Assembly (NCBI GenBank): GCA_040220235.1
Contig: JAVJTO010000133.1
Source of the DNA: Coleofasciculus sp. B1-GNL1-01
Lineage (GTDB): Bacteria; Cyanobacteriota; Cyanobacteriia; Cyanobacteriales; Coleofasciculaceae
Length of the DNA: 50,706 bases
Direction: 5' to 3' (one strand)
Shown: positions 32,520 through 42,263 of the stretch, piece after piece
Numbering within the stretch: position 1 is the first letter of the stretch
How the letters are laid out: each line of letters opens with the position of its first letter
Notes under the pieces: generated by a model
The model's input: the letters and a program-made list of their open reading frames with translations, nothing else
Told to the model about the DNA's origin: nothing
Database searches by the model: none
Translations under genes and position numbers: made by a program

Positions 32520-33154
32520 GGATTCAAAGGCTTAACCGCTAAATCGGCTAACGTAATCGTGAAATTTTGTTGCTTTTCAGTAGCGACAAAGGTAATAATT
32601 ACCTCACAAGCAACCGCCACCGCCAGCATAACTAAATTTCGCGCTAAGGGATAATCACAAATATCATCATTGGCAGGTGAGGGAACGCGATAATGATCGT
32701 TCCAAATGATCTCTGCATAATCACTTGCCAATCCCACATGCAAACAGGGAATCTGCACCTGTTGACAATAATCTTTCACCGCTTGACGGGCGACACTATT
32801 GTCAAAGGTATCAATGACTACCTGACTATCCCGAAGTAATTGAGAACAGTTGTCCGCCGTTAGTTCTTTGGCACGCCCATCGACAGTAATACCTAATGCA
32901 CGATAGAGCGTATTTGTCAATATCTTAGTTTTATAAGCACCAACATCTGATTTGTAATAGGGTTGAGTAGAAAGATTGCGTTCCTCGATGCGATCGCGAT
33001 CGATTACCCGTAACCTGCTAAACCCAGAACGCGCCAGGTTTTCGGTCAGATTTGCCCCCAGCGCCCCAGCCCCACATACAGTTACCGGAAACTCCTGCAA
33101 CCGTGTCATTAGGGTAGGTGTTCGATAGAGGTTTTCGTGAAAGAAAATAGACAT
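32516..33154 (-). CDS. ThiF/E1-like adenylyltransferase (minimal)
   Basis: VCGAGALG, IDRDRIEERNLSTQ, K and DTFDN motifs. No CxxC zinc pairs; one DDICDYP cysteine near the C-terminus. Confidence 0.9.
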   Translation of the reverse strand: MSIFFHENLYRTPTLMTRLQEFPVTVCGAGALGANLTENLARSGFSRLRVIDRDRIEERNLSTQPYYKSDVGAYKTKILTNTLYRALGITVDGRAKELTADNCSQLLRDSQVVIDTFDNSVARQAVKDYCQQVQIPCLHVGLASDYAEIIWNDHYRVPSPANDDICDYPLARNLVMLAVAVACEVIITFVATEKQQNFTITLADLAVKPLNP

Positions 33155-33239
33155 TATCTATAAAATTGGGCAATCACCGCGTTCGCGAAGCGTGTCCACC
33201 GGACGTATCGCGACATAACCAATGACTCGATTGAAACAA

Positions 33240-33461
33240 CTAACCGTTCTCAATGACTTTAACAAAGCCATGTCGCACCCCATAGATTAATCGAGTCACC
33301 GCCTCCTCATGATCGGAGGTAAAGGCATTATCCAGCGGTGTGATCAGCAATTCGTACCAGTCAGAATGACTGATTTGACCCTTTTTCATACTTTGAGCAA
33401 AGAGTTGACTAAAGTCAAAGGAGTTACTGAATTTTCTCTGGTGAGCTTTTTTGGTCAGCAT
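33240..33461 (-). CDS. Small hypothetical protein
   Basis: 73 aa with purine-rich RBS. The SQLFAQ...GQIS..D.Y.L...RLIYGVRHGFVKVI pattern resembles a small cyanobacterial family. Confidence 0.7.
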   Translation of the reverse strand: MLTKKAHQRKFSNSFDFSQLFAQSMKKGQISHSDWYELLITPLDNAFTSDHEEAVTRLIYGVRHGFVKVIENG

Positions 33462-33700
33462 CTTATGTCTCTCTCTGTATTGAATAGAGATTGTGGTAGA
33501 CGATAACTAGATTGTAGTCAAGATTCAGGGATAGTTTCTTGAAATCTTCGTAAAGAAATGTTGGTCAGTAGGGGGAGAAAATTAAAGTTGATGGTTGAGA
33601 TGGGAAACGGGGAACAGAGAACAGTCAGAATTTGACGCTTGTTTACATTTCTTAGTGCAGGGGACAGCAATGAAGATGATTCGATTACTGGACTGCTGTT

Positions 33701-34600
33701 CTAGAATCGGGCTTCGATCACACCAACCAGGGATTGTAAATCAAAGTCGCGATCGCAACCACTTAGACAGATTCCCGAACTCATCACGGTTAAATCCCCC
33801 TTCGCGATCGCAGAAGTATGACGTTCCCCATCACGAGTCGTCCATTCCACTTGCCAAAACTCGCCGCGATCGCGAAATGTCCGCAATCTCCCACCTCCCA
33901 TCTGTAACGCATCCCGCAACCGTTGTTCATCCGTTCGCTCAGCTCCCCCAGCTCCCCCAGCTCCCCCAGCTCCCTCTGCTTCTCTCGCTTGACGCCGATG
34001 GTGTTCTCGCTGCTGATACGCAGGTGTTTGTTGCAATACCAACTCATAAACCGTCCGCATTTCTGGTGTCATTCCCGTAAACCGCACCTGATCCGCTAGA
34101 GTAACCTGTTCTAACTGTTCTCGTAACTGTTCAGTCGGTTGAGGTTCAGCGCGTCTGTCGATTTCATCAAACCAAAACGCTGTACCATCAAAACGGGCAA
34201 TAATCGGCTCAAATGCAGCACCTTCGCTAACCAAATGGACAGGAACAGGCTTAACCATACCCAAACGTTGCTGCATATCCGACTCATTAATGGGATACGC
34301 CAACCACGTCAATGAACGCAATGGATAAGCTAATCGTAAGCGCAGAGGTTTAAGTAATTTCAGATACTCCGCTAATTGAGGTAAACTCGCTTCTTCTACT
34401 ACCTCAGCCGTTTTCTCATCCACAGGACGAAAAATACCCCACCCCTCAAAATCACTTGGTTGGGGGGTAAAGGTATAAATCAGATTCGCCACTGACGTGC
34501 GAACGTTTCCCCCTTGAACACAAGGGGCAAGAAACTCGGTATCCTGAAGTTGGGTTTCTTGGGCGGCTATTTCATTGAGGAGGTTATCAATATCTGCCAT
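33701..34600 (-). CDS. Hypothetical protein associated with ThiF
   Basis: 299-aa ORF with FLAPC, FEGWGIF and C-terminal SSGICLSG..RDFDLQSLVGVIE. In-frame 9-bp repeat linker at 33940-33982. Confidence 0.85.
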   Translation of the reverse strand: MADIDNLLNEIAAQETQLQDTEFLAPCVQGGNVRTSVANLIYTFTPQPSDFEGWGIFRPVDEKTAEVVEEASLPQLAEYLKLLKPLRLRLAYPLRSLTWLAYPINESDMQQRLGMVKPVPVHLVSEGAAFEPIIARFDGTAFWFDEIDRRAEPQPTEQLREQLEQVTLADQVRFTGMTPEMRTVYELVLQQTPAYQQREHHRRQAREAEGAGGAGGAGGAERTDEQRLRDALQMGGGRLRTFRDRGEFWQVEWTTRDGERHTSAIAKGDLTVMSSGICLSGCDRDFDLQSLVGVIEARF

Positions 34601-34727
34601 TATCAGTTATCAGTTATCAGGTGTCAGTTATACAGCGTTTTCAAATGAGATGTGTATCTAGATTGTCTGTGCTTTGCTTTCAAAAAAAACTCTCTATCTC
34701 TTTCCCCTATTGCCTATTGCCTATTGC

Positions 34728-35987
34728 CTATTGCCTCACTATAGTTTGATATGCCTCAATCATAGTCTGCGCGATCGCATCCCAACTATAATGCTCTAGT
34801 GCATAGTCTCTAGCATTGACTCCACGCCGCTTTTGTTCCCCAGCATCCCTTAGCGCTTCCCGTAAGGTTTGAGTCAACGACGCCACATCACACCCACAAA
34901 TCCATCCTGCTTCCGCCTCCTTCACCTCTGGGCAAATATGCACCTGATCCGAAATTACCACAGGAGTCCCCGCCACCATCGCTTCAGCGACAGCAATGCC
35001 AAAATTTTCATAATAAGAGGGTAAAACAAATAGATCCGCCTTTTGTAGCAACGCCGCTTTTACTTCTCCCTCAACAAACCCTGTAATTGTCGTCTGAGAC
35101 GATAGCGACGACGCCCGAATCTGTTGTTGAATTTGACGTTCATACTCTGGATCTTGGGGATTCGCGCCCGCTAAGATAAACTGAAACCCTAACCCTTCAG
35201 CCAAAAGCGTTTCTAAAGCCGGAATCAGTAAATCCAATCCTTTCTTCGGATCAATTCGAGACATAAATAATAGGATTGGGGATTGGGTAGAGACATTCTC
35301 TAGAACATCTGTAGGGGCGGGTTTAGGGACTTTTGTTTCACCATTGATGATATCGTTTGTGCAAAACCCGCCCTGACGTAGAGACGTTGCATGCAACATC
35401 CCTACATCCTCCGGAGGCGTCACCCCCAAAGGAATCACAATATCCCGCGCATCTGTACCAAACCGTTGAGAAATCTTCGCCTCTTGTTCACTGGTAAAAT
35501 GAATTCCCGCCGCCCCCGCTAAATTAGCACGTTCCCATAAACCCACATAAACTTGTTTTAATCGTCGCTTCTTCTGTAAATCCGCCGGATCAAGCGTACC
35601 CAAGGGACGCAAAATATAGGGTAAATTTCGTTTTCGGGCGACTGTTGCGGCGGCAGTACTCACGGGTGAAAACAGGGCGTGAATATGCGCCAGATCAAAC
35701 TCCCCTGCATGTTGCCACAACCAACGTAATAAATCGAGGGAAAACTTATAACGACGGAACGGAGAACACCGGAAATATCGCACCTGATAACCATCCTGGG
35801 GAACAGGTTTATCTAAAGGAACATCCAGTGGTGGTTGACCAAAATCCCCATTACTATCGGTCGTCAATATCGTAACATCTACACCCTGATTTGCTAGCGC
35901 TTTAGAAAGCCCCAGCACCATTTGACTCGGACCCCCATAAACCAGCGAAATTGAAGGGACAATTTGTAAAATTCGCATTTTTTTCAT
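34728..35987 (-). CDS. hpsP: GT4 glycosyltransferase, hormogonium polysaccharide HpsP
   Basis: MRILQIVPSISLVYGGPSQMV, SRIDPKKG and ENFGIAVAEAM; last gene of the hps cluster. Start may be 35978. Confidence 0.85.
   Translation of the reverse strand: MKKMRILQIVPSISLVYGGPSQMVLGLSKALANQGVDVTILTTDSNGDFGQPPLDVPLDKPVPQDGYQVRYFRCSPFRRYKFSLDLLRWLWQHAGEFDLAHIHALFSPVSTAAATVARKRNLPYILRPLGTLDPADLQKKRRLKQVYVGLWERANLAGAAGIHFTSEQEAKISQRFGTDARDIVIPLGVTPPEDVGMLHATSLRQGGFCTNDIINGETKVPKPAPTDVLENVSTQSPILLFMSRIDPKKGLDLLIPALETLLAEGLGFQFILAGANPQDPEYERQIQQQIRASSLSSQTTITGFVEGEVKAALLQKADLFVLPSYYENFGIAVAEAMVAGTPVVISDQVHICPEVKEAEAGWICGCDVASLTQTLREALRDAGEQKRRGVNARDYALEHYSWDAIAQTMIEAYQTIVRQ
35287..35405. repeat. Composite REP insertion in frame within hpsP
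   Basis: GTAGAGACATT..., the 64-bp doublet at 35311-35374, and GTAGAGACGTTGCATGCAACATCCCTAC. Confidence 0.85.
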
Positions 35988-36205
35988 TTGTCATTCGTCA
36001 TTCGTCATTCGTCATTTGTCATTCGTCATTCATCATTCATCATTTGTCATACTCACTCCCTTCAAAAGAAAGCTACGTCATATCATCACCAATTATTTCC
36101 AAACCCTATAAAAATAAACTCCCCCTGCTTTAACCCCTCTGCGTCCTCTGCGTAAACCTCTGCGCCCCTCTGCGTTAAAAAATATAATTCCGATTCCCCG
36201 ACTTA

Positions 36206-37375
36206 TCATTCAATAAGTCTTTGATAAAAATCAAACAACTTCCGCGCCAAAGCCTTATTCGTATACTGGTTCATTGCCCGTTCATACCCCAACCCAGCCA
36301 ACTGCTTCGCCAACTCCGGCTGTTCCATCAGCGATACCAACTTGCCACGTAACCCTTCTACATTCCCCTCCGGAAACACCAAACCCGCATCACCAATCAC
36401 ATTCGGAATTTCCCCCGAATCCGACCCAATCACAGGCACTTTCGATGCCATCGCTTCAATTAAAACATGACCAAACTGTTCCTTCCATCCCGCCGCAGTT
36501 AACGTTTTAAACTTGTACGTCGTCTCAGATGGCAAGACTAAAACATTCATCAAATTAATATAATTTGGCACTTCGTCATGAGGAACACTCTCCACCCAAA
36601 TCATCCGGTCTTTAATTCCCCATTCCACCGCCTTTTCCATTAACACAGTTTGCAGAGAACCGCGTCCTAGCAACAACCACTTCCAGGGATAATCCTTAAT
36701 ACCTGCCAAGGCTTCCCCTAGGGTTAATAACCCTTTCTCCTCAACAAACCGCCCCACAAATCCGACAACAAATTCATCCTCTTGAAGTCCTAACTTTCGT
36801 TGTAACTCTGGCTGGGTTTGGGGGCGAAATCGGCTTTCATCCACACCTAATTGAGGCATAACGGTATAAGCCCCCTGATAACCATGTTGCTGGAGTACTT
36901 CCACCGCATCCTGATTTCCTGCAACCAGTCCGTGAGTATTCTGAAGGTTATAGTCGTGCAATATCGATAAAGGAAACTTAACCTGATAGGGTAAATTCCA
37001 CCAAGTAAAGAAAACATTTTTTGCCTTGAGTCTTAAAAGTTGATTCAATGCGATGAATTGAGCATAACCTAATGCCTTTGCGCCTTGTTCAACTTGAATG
37101 ATATGGGGTTTAAAGTCTCGCAATAAGGGAAGAATATCTGCGCCAAATGTGAGTAATCCCTGGTTGTTTTGGCTAAAGTTCGAGACAGGGACAACTCGAA
37201 ATGAACCCTCTTGACGCGGTTTGGTTTCAATAATTTTATTTTGTACCCCCCCTGGACGCCAGCGACGGGGTACGACTACGGTGACTTCAATATCAGGTTC
37301 TAATTTCGCGAGTTCGCGTAGCTTTTCGCAGTTAAGATCAACAATATAGGTATGACTGGCAACTAGAATTTTCAT
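36206..37375 (-). CDS. hpsO: GT4 glycosyltransferase HpsO
   Basis: MKILVASHTYIVDLNCEKL, GRFVEEKG and WKEQFGHVLIEAM. Confidence 0.85.
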   Translation of the reverse strand: MKILVASHTYIVDLNCEKLRELAKLEPDIEVTVVVPRRWRPGGVQNKIIETKPRQEGSFRVVPVSNFSQNNQGLLTFGADILPLLRDFKPHIIQVEQGAKALGYAQFIALNQLLRLKAKNVFFTWWNLPYQVKFPLSILHDYNLQNTHGLVAGNQDAVEVLQQHGYQGAYTVMPQLGVDESRFRPQTQPELQRKLGLQEDEFVVGFVGRFVEEKGLLTLGEALAGIKDYPWKWLLLGRGSLQTVLMEKAVEWGIKDRMIWVESVPHDEVPNYINLMNVLVLPSETTYKFKTLTAAGWKEQFGHVLIEAMASKVPVIGSDSGEIPNVIGDAGLVFPEGNVEGLRGKLVSLMEQPELAKQLAGLGYERAMNQYTNKALARKLFDFYQRLIE

Positions 37376-37441
37376 TTTTTTAGAGGGAATAGAGAAGATA
37401 AGGGAGATGGGGTAGATAGGGAGTTATCTTAACACTGAGTT

Positions 37442-37505
37442 AGGGCGGGTTTTGTACCAAGGTTACTATCAATCGCGACACGAGAGTCCCTAAACCCGCC
37501 CCTAC
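37442..37505. repeat. REP doublet
   Basis: AGGGCGGGTTTT-38 nt-AAACCCGCCCCTAC. Confidence 0.85.
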
Positions 37506-37549
37506 AAATCATGCCAATTGAATGTCGCGAAGGGTCAAAACGTCCCCAA

Positions 37550-38542
37550 TCAACCATCAGCTTTTTCATCCAACTGGGTATAAACTTGCCCCTGATCCCA
37601 ACTGGACTTGATTTGAGTTTTCAGGGCGTCGATAAATCCGATAGTGTAGAACCCTGCACGAGTGACAATTTTAATTGGCGAACCACTCTTGTTACAGGGA
37701 GGATTTCCGAGAACGTGACAATCAAAAAGCTTGGCAAATAAGCGCACCTGCTGACTGGGGGTAAGGTTCTTCAGCGCCATCAGGAAATGATTGTGGTAAA
37801 ACGTGACTTGGTATTTAAGCGATCGCGTACTAATATCGTGACAACCACCCGTCTCTTCGCCTAAATGCACCAAAGAGGCATCGGGATCATACCAAATCTG
37901 ATACCCCGTTTGCCGCAATCGCAGACAAAAATCTGACTCTTCCCGTACCGCACTCCCGCGAAATCGTTCATCAAACCATATCCCATGCTTGGTAAAAATC
38001 TCCCGACGGTAGGACATATTACAGCCTCTAGCGGAAATCACCCACTGCGGTTTAATCGTATGCACTAGGTCAATGTGATACCAAGCAATTCCAGGGTCCA
38101 TCGCCTGAGGGGGCAAATTCTCGATTTCATACTCTCCTTGATGTTTTTTCTGAGAATCGGCTAGCTTCATGCGGTCAAACACTCGCCCCGCAACCGCCCC
38201 AACCTCCTGACGTTCATAGTTACGGGCGTGGGCTTGCAAATACCCAGCAGGCATTTTCACATCATCATCGATAAACACAATAATTTCGCCTGTCGCCCGT
38301 CGCACGGCATAATTTCGCGCCCCAGGTAAACTCGCCCAGTTCACCCGAAACCATTTAACTTTCTGCTCATTCGCCAATTGTTGTAAATAAGTTTCGATTT
38401 CAGGCTTGTGGTTTTGCGTTTGATCTACCACTAAAATTTCAACAGCAGGATAGTCTTGCTTGAGTACATCGTCTAAGGTATCTCGCAAGGGTTCCTCGCG
38501 TTCGTAAGTAGGAATAATGACTGAAATTAACGGCTCATTCAC
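37550..38542 (-). CDS. hpsN: GT2 glycosyltransferase HpsN
   Basis: ISVIIPTY, PGARN, FIDDD, GCNMS and REESDFCLR; GTG start. Confidence 0.83.
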   Translation of the reverse strand: MNEPLISVIIPTYEREEPLRDTLDDVLKQDYPAVEILVVDQTQNHKPEIETYLQQLANEQKVKWFRVNWASLPGARNYAVRRATGEIIVFIDDDVKMPAGYLQAHARNYERQEVGAVAGRVFDRMKLADSQKKHQGEYEIENLPPQAMDPGIAWYHIDLVHTIKPQWVISARGCNMSYRREIFTKHGIWFDERFRGSAVREESDFCLRLRQTGYQIWYDPDASLVHLGEETGGCHDISTRSLKYQVTFYHNHFLMALKNLTPSQQVRLFAKLFDCHVLGNPPCNKSGSPIKIVTRAGFYTIGFIDALKTQIKSSWDQGQVYTQLDEKADG

Positions 38543-38702
38543 GACTGTTTTTTGAAAATGGTGATTGTTGATAGTTCATTGTTCATTGCTAATCCTCTCC
38601 CCCAGCTCCCAGACGTAGCATGCTACGTCTCTACATGGCTTTCCCCGCTACCCCATCATCCCATCACCCCCTCACCCCCTCATCCCCTCATCCCCTCATC
38701 CA

Positions 38703-40397
38703 CTAAGAGGCTGCTGGGGTAGCAATTCGTGGTTTAGATACCTTTTTTTTACCGTTCTTTTGTACGTCAGATTCATCCTGTTGTTCGACAAGTTTCTGTT
38801 TTCGCAGTTCCTGTCGGTCTATCTTGGGTAAGGCTAGGATTACCCCTGCAAAGAACCAGTAATAGACCGCTACGGGGTCTGTATCCAAAGGATACCAATA
38901 GGTGTTATAACTGATAATCAACACAAAAACCCAATAACTAGAGCCAAAACTACGTAAATTTTTGTCACGCACTGACTGTTTGGCTTTAAATGTAGTAAAT
39001 GTCAAGTGCGTCACAAACGCCAAAAATGCTAAGGTTCCGATGGTACCGACTTCAAAGATAAGTTTGGGATAATAGGTTTCAACCAGTGAAACATCCCCAA
39101 AGGTGCGAGTAGAATTCGTGGCTCGTCCTAAACCATTACCGAGCCATCCCTTGGTGTTATAAGTTGCCCATTCAAATTGTTCTTGAATGAATGCTTGCGG
39201 TGGTGAAGCCTCGGCACGACTCTTAAAACTGTCAATTCGTTCCTGAACCAGTTCTGGATTCATGGCTAAGCCAATTGCAATCACCAAGCCGAGTCCCACG
39301 CCTATTGGAAGAAACCGCTTGAGATTCGTTATCTGACCTGTAAGGATTAACAAAAGTATCGTAATAGCTGGAACTAAAGCTAAAGCAATTCGCTGACCGC
39401 AGATTACCGCATTAACAAAAACCAGTGCCATACCTGCCAAACCTCCAATCCGCCACAAAAAAGACGAATCGCTAAATGCGGCGGCAAATGTCAATGCGCT
39501 ATTGCCTATCAAGAACCAACCCCAGTGCCAAGGAGACACAAAGGTTCCTGGCAAGCGAATCATATTTTGTGATGGACTGTACAGCAACGCCCCACCAATA
39601 TAACACCGAGCTTCTAAGCTAGCTTTAAATAATTCAACCCCGGAGAGGTGATCCGTACCTTTACAGACACCCTGCTTTAGCATCATGTATTGCCACAGCC
39701 CTAGGAGACAGCAAATAATTGCCAGACCTAGATGCAAGCGGCTACAAAATAACAACTCTTTTTTACTTTTGAGCAAATGTTGGGCGCAAAAAATCAGGGG
39801 AACATATCCTAGGAAAATTTTCAAGCCCAAAATTCCTTGAAGAAAAGGTTGTCCTGACGCATTGCCCGTCAAATGTAAACCGTTAACAAAGAATAATGTC
39901 AACAGAGAAAACCCCAAGCAAATACTCAGTGTTGACATTAGGGTTTGGGGAACAAAGAAGGGTTTCTTTTCGCGTCGGCACTGTTGATATAAGCCAATTA
40001 GGGCAGGAAAATATAATCCATCTTTGGCTAATTGGAGTAGGGCGCTACCGCCGAGGGTATATACAACCGTGCCGCTAAAGGGCATGTAAATGAGAAATAG
40101 CCACAGTGCCTTGCGGGGATATTTGTAGGACAGACCAAAACAGGGTATGATAGCTCCGGCGATCACACCCATCTTCGGTTCAGCCACTACACTCGCGATC
40201 GCCCCTAGGAATATCCCCGGCAATAGCGTCATGAACAGCCATTGAATCAGTTCTTGGCGCTGCTTTTTCGCTTTACGCTGTTGGGCTAACTGCTCCTTCA
40301 AACTCAGGAGAGGAGCTTCAGACTGCTTTGACTGCTTTTTTCCTTTTTTTGAAGTTTTCGATTTTTTGACTTTTGATTTCGATTTCGATTTAACCAT
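38703..40397 (-). CDS. hpsL: Hormogonium polysaccharide protein HpsL (Wzy/O-antigen ligase-like membrane protein)
   Basis: Lys-rich N-terminus with LSLKEQLAQ, many TM helices, RLPGTF and YYWFFAG; leads the GT cluster. Confidence 0.8.
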   Translation of the reverse strand: MVKSKSKSKVKKSKTSKKGKKQSKQSEAPLLSLKEQLAQQRKAKKQRQELIQWLFMTLLPGIFLGAIASVVAEPKMGVIAGAIIPCFGLSYKYPRKALWLFLIYMPFSGTVVYTLGGSALLQLAKDGLYFPALIGLYQQCRREKKPFFVPQTLMSTLSICLGFSLLTLFFVNGLHLTGNASGQPFLQGILGLKIFLGYVPLIFCAQHLLKSKKELLFCSRLHLGLAIICCLLGLWQYMMLKQGVCKGTDHLSGVELFKASLEARCYIGGALLYSPSQNMIRLPGTFVSPWHWGWFLIGNSALTFAAAFSDSSFLWRIGGLAGMALVFVNAVICGQRIALALVPAITILLLILTGQITNLKRFLPIGVGLGLVIAIGLAMNPELVQERIDSFKSRAEASPPQAFIQEQFEWATYNTKGWLGNGLGRATNSTRTFGDVSLVETYYPKLIFEVGTIGTLAFLAFVTHLTFTTFKAKQSVRDKNLRSFGSSYWVFVLIISYNTYWYPLDTDPVAVYYWFFAGVILALPKIDRQELRKQKLVEQQDESDVQKNGKKKVSKPRIATPAAS

Positions 40398-40471
40398 GGC
40401 AAAGCTGTCAGGCTGCCCGTTTCTTTCGATTGTGGCACATCCACCAGTGAAGGTGTAGGGGGAGGGAAGAT

Positions 40472-40576
40472 GGGAAAGCTGGGGAAGCAGAGGGAGCTGG
40501 GGGAGCTGGGGAAGCTGGGGGAGATGGGGAAGCTAGGGAAGCTAGGGAAGCTGGGGGAGCTGAGGAAGCTGGGGGA
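40472..40576. repeat. 9-bp tandem repeat (GGGGAAGCT)n
   Basis: About 11 degenerate units. Confidence 0.85.
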
Positions 40577-40639
40577 GAAAAAATTAAATTAGAGTTCCCC
40601 GTGAACAGTGTTCCCTCCTGCCTCCTCTCCTGCCTTCTT

Positions 40640-42106
40640 CTAACCCAAATGGTTTTCGACGACAGAAACCAGTTTAGCTGTCCAGTGCGTTGCCATTTGC
40701 GCTTCAATGGCTTCTACCATCACTCGGATGACGGGTTCGGTTCCCGATGCTCGGACTAAAACTCGCCCTTGATCTGCCATCACGGTTTGAGCTTGGGCGA
40801 TCGCATCCATTAGGGGTTGACAGTCTTGCCAATGTAAGCGGCGATCGCGGTTTTCGACGCGCACATTTTGTAATAGTTGGGGATAAGTCTGAAAGCTTTG
40901 ATCCACTAATGTTTTCAAGCCGACCCCCGACTGACGTACCAATGAGGCTAAATGCAAAGCCGTTAACATGCCATCGCCTGTCAAGCCGTAATGGTAACAA
41001 AGAATATGTCCAGACTGTTCACCACCAAGCATAGCTCCACTGCGATCCATTGCCGCTTGCACATATTGGTCACCCACAGCCGTGCGTACCAGTTTACCAC
41101 CACTGGCTTTCCATGCCCGTTCAAAGCCCAGATTTGCCATAACCGTGGCAACAATTAAATCATCGGGGAGTTGATTGGTTTGTCGTAATGTTTGCCCCCA
41201 GAAATAGAGAATATAATCGCCATCAACGACTCGACCTTCGCTATCAACCGCCATCACCCGATCCGCGTCACCATCGAAGGCAAACCCCATATCAGCCGAC
41301 TGTTCTCGTACCGCCTTCTGGAGACAGGCTAAATGAGTAGAGCCACAATTTACATTAATGCGATCGCCATCCGGTTGATTATGCAAACAGATAACTGTTG
41401 CTCCCAACTCAGAAAAGACTTGTTCGGCTAACTTCACCGAAGCCCCCCACGCCAAATCCAGGACAATTTTCATCCCCTGTAAATGGGTTACAGAGTGCAG
41501 GGGACGCCGTAATGATTCCAAATAACGTCCCACTAATTCCGGTCGGTGATAATGCTGACCCTGAGTATGAGTCACCACAGCCTTATCGACTAGACCTCGG
41601 ATACCTGCCTCAATCTGCTGCTGCAATTCCCCTGGCAGTTTTGTCCCTTGAGCGCTAAAAAACTTAATCCCATTATCTTCTGGGGGATTATGACTAGCAG
41701 AAATCATCACCCCACCCATCGCTTCTGAGAAACGGGTAAGATAGGCAACCCCAGGCGTGGGACATAACCCTAAATTCCAAACCTCCAATCCCGCTAAGTT
41801 TAAGCCTTTACTCAGCGCCGATGCCAACATATCACTAGAGTTTCGCGAGTCCTGTCCAACAATCACTGGACCCAATGCTGAGGCTTGCGAATGTAAGACC
41901 TGACCTGCCCAAAACCCAATTTGTAGCGCCAATTCAGCCGTAAGCAGTTCTCCCACTCGTCCCCGAATGCCATCCGTACCAAACAAGGGAGTCTTGGGCA
42001 AGGTTAGGGATAAATCCGTTAGCGTTCCATGGGTCGAAGATTTGTGTAGATGATGTCTAGGGGTAAACCGATGGATGTCCTGACGTCGGACAGGAGACGT
42101 AACCAT
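40640..42106 (-). CDS. glmM: Phosphoglucosamine mutase
   Basis: [29 protein letters not shown] and RASGTEP. Confidence 0.95.
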   Translation of the reverse strand: MVTSPVRRQDIHRFTPRHHLHKSSTHGTLTDLSLTLPKTPLFGTDGIRGRVGELLTAELALQIGFWAGQVLHSQASALGPVIVGQDSRNSSDMLASALSKGLNLAGLEVWNLGLCPTPGVAYLTRFSEAMGGVMISASHNPPEDNGIKFFSAQGTKLPGELQQQIEAGIRGLVDKAVVTHTQGQHYHRPELVGRYLESLRRPLHSVTHLQGMKIVLDLAWGASVKLAEQVFSELGATVICLHNQPDGDRINVNCGSTHLACLQKAVREQSADMGFAFDGDADRVMAVDSEGRVVDGDYILYFWGQTLRQTNQLPDDLIVATVMANLGFERAWKASGGKLVRTAVGDQYVQAAMDRSGAMLGGEQSGHILCYHYGLTGDGMLTALHLASLVRQSGVGLKTLVDQSFQTYPQLLQNVRVENRDRRLHWQDCQPLMDAIAQAQTVMADQGRVLVRASGTEPVIRVMVEAIEAQMATHWTAKLVSVVENHLG

Positions 42107-42171
42107 AACTTGAATTTCCTCACACAACACAATACTGTGGAGGATAACACTTTCTTCTATGGTTGTTATAA

Positions 42172-42257
42172 GTCATTCGTCATTCGTCATTCGTCCTCAG
42201 CTCCCCCAGCTCCCCCAGCTCCCTCTGCTCCCCCAGCTCCCTCTGCTCCCTCTGCTC
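42172..42257. repeat. Heptamer and 9-mer tandem repeats
   Basis: (gtcattc)3 followed by (agctccccc/tgctccctc)n. Confidence 0.85.
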
Positions 42258-42263
42258 CGCTGC

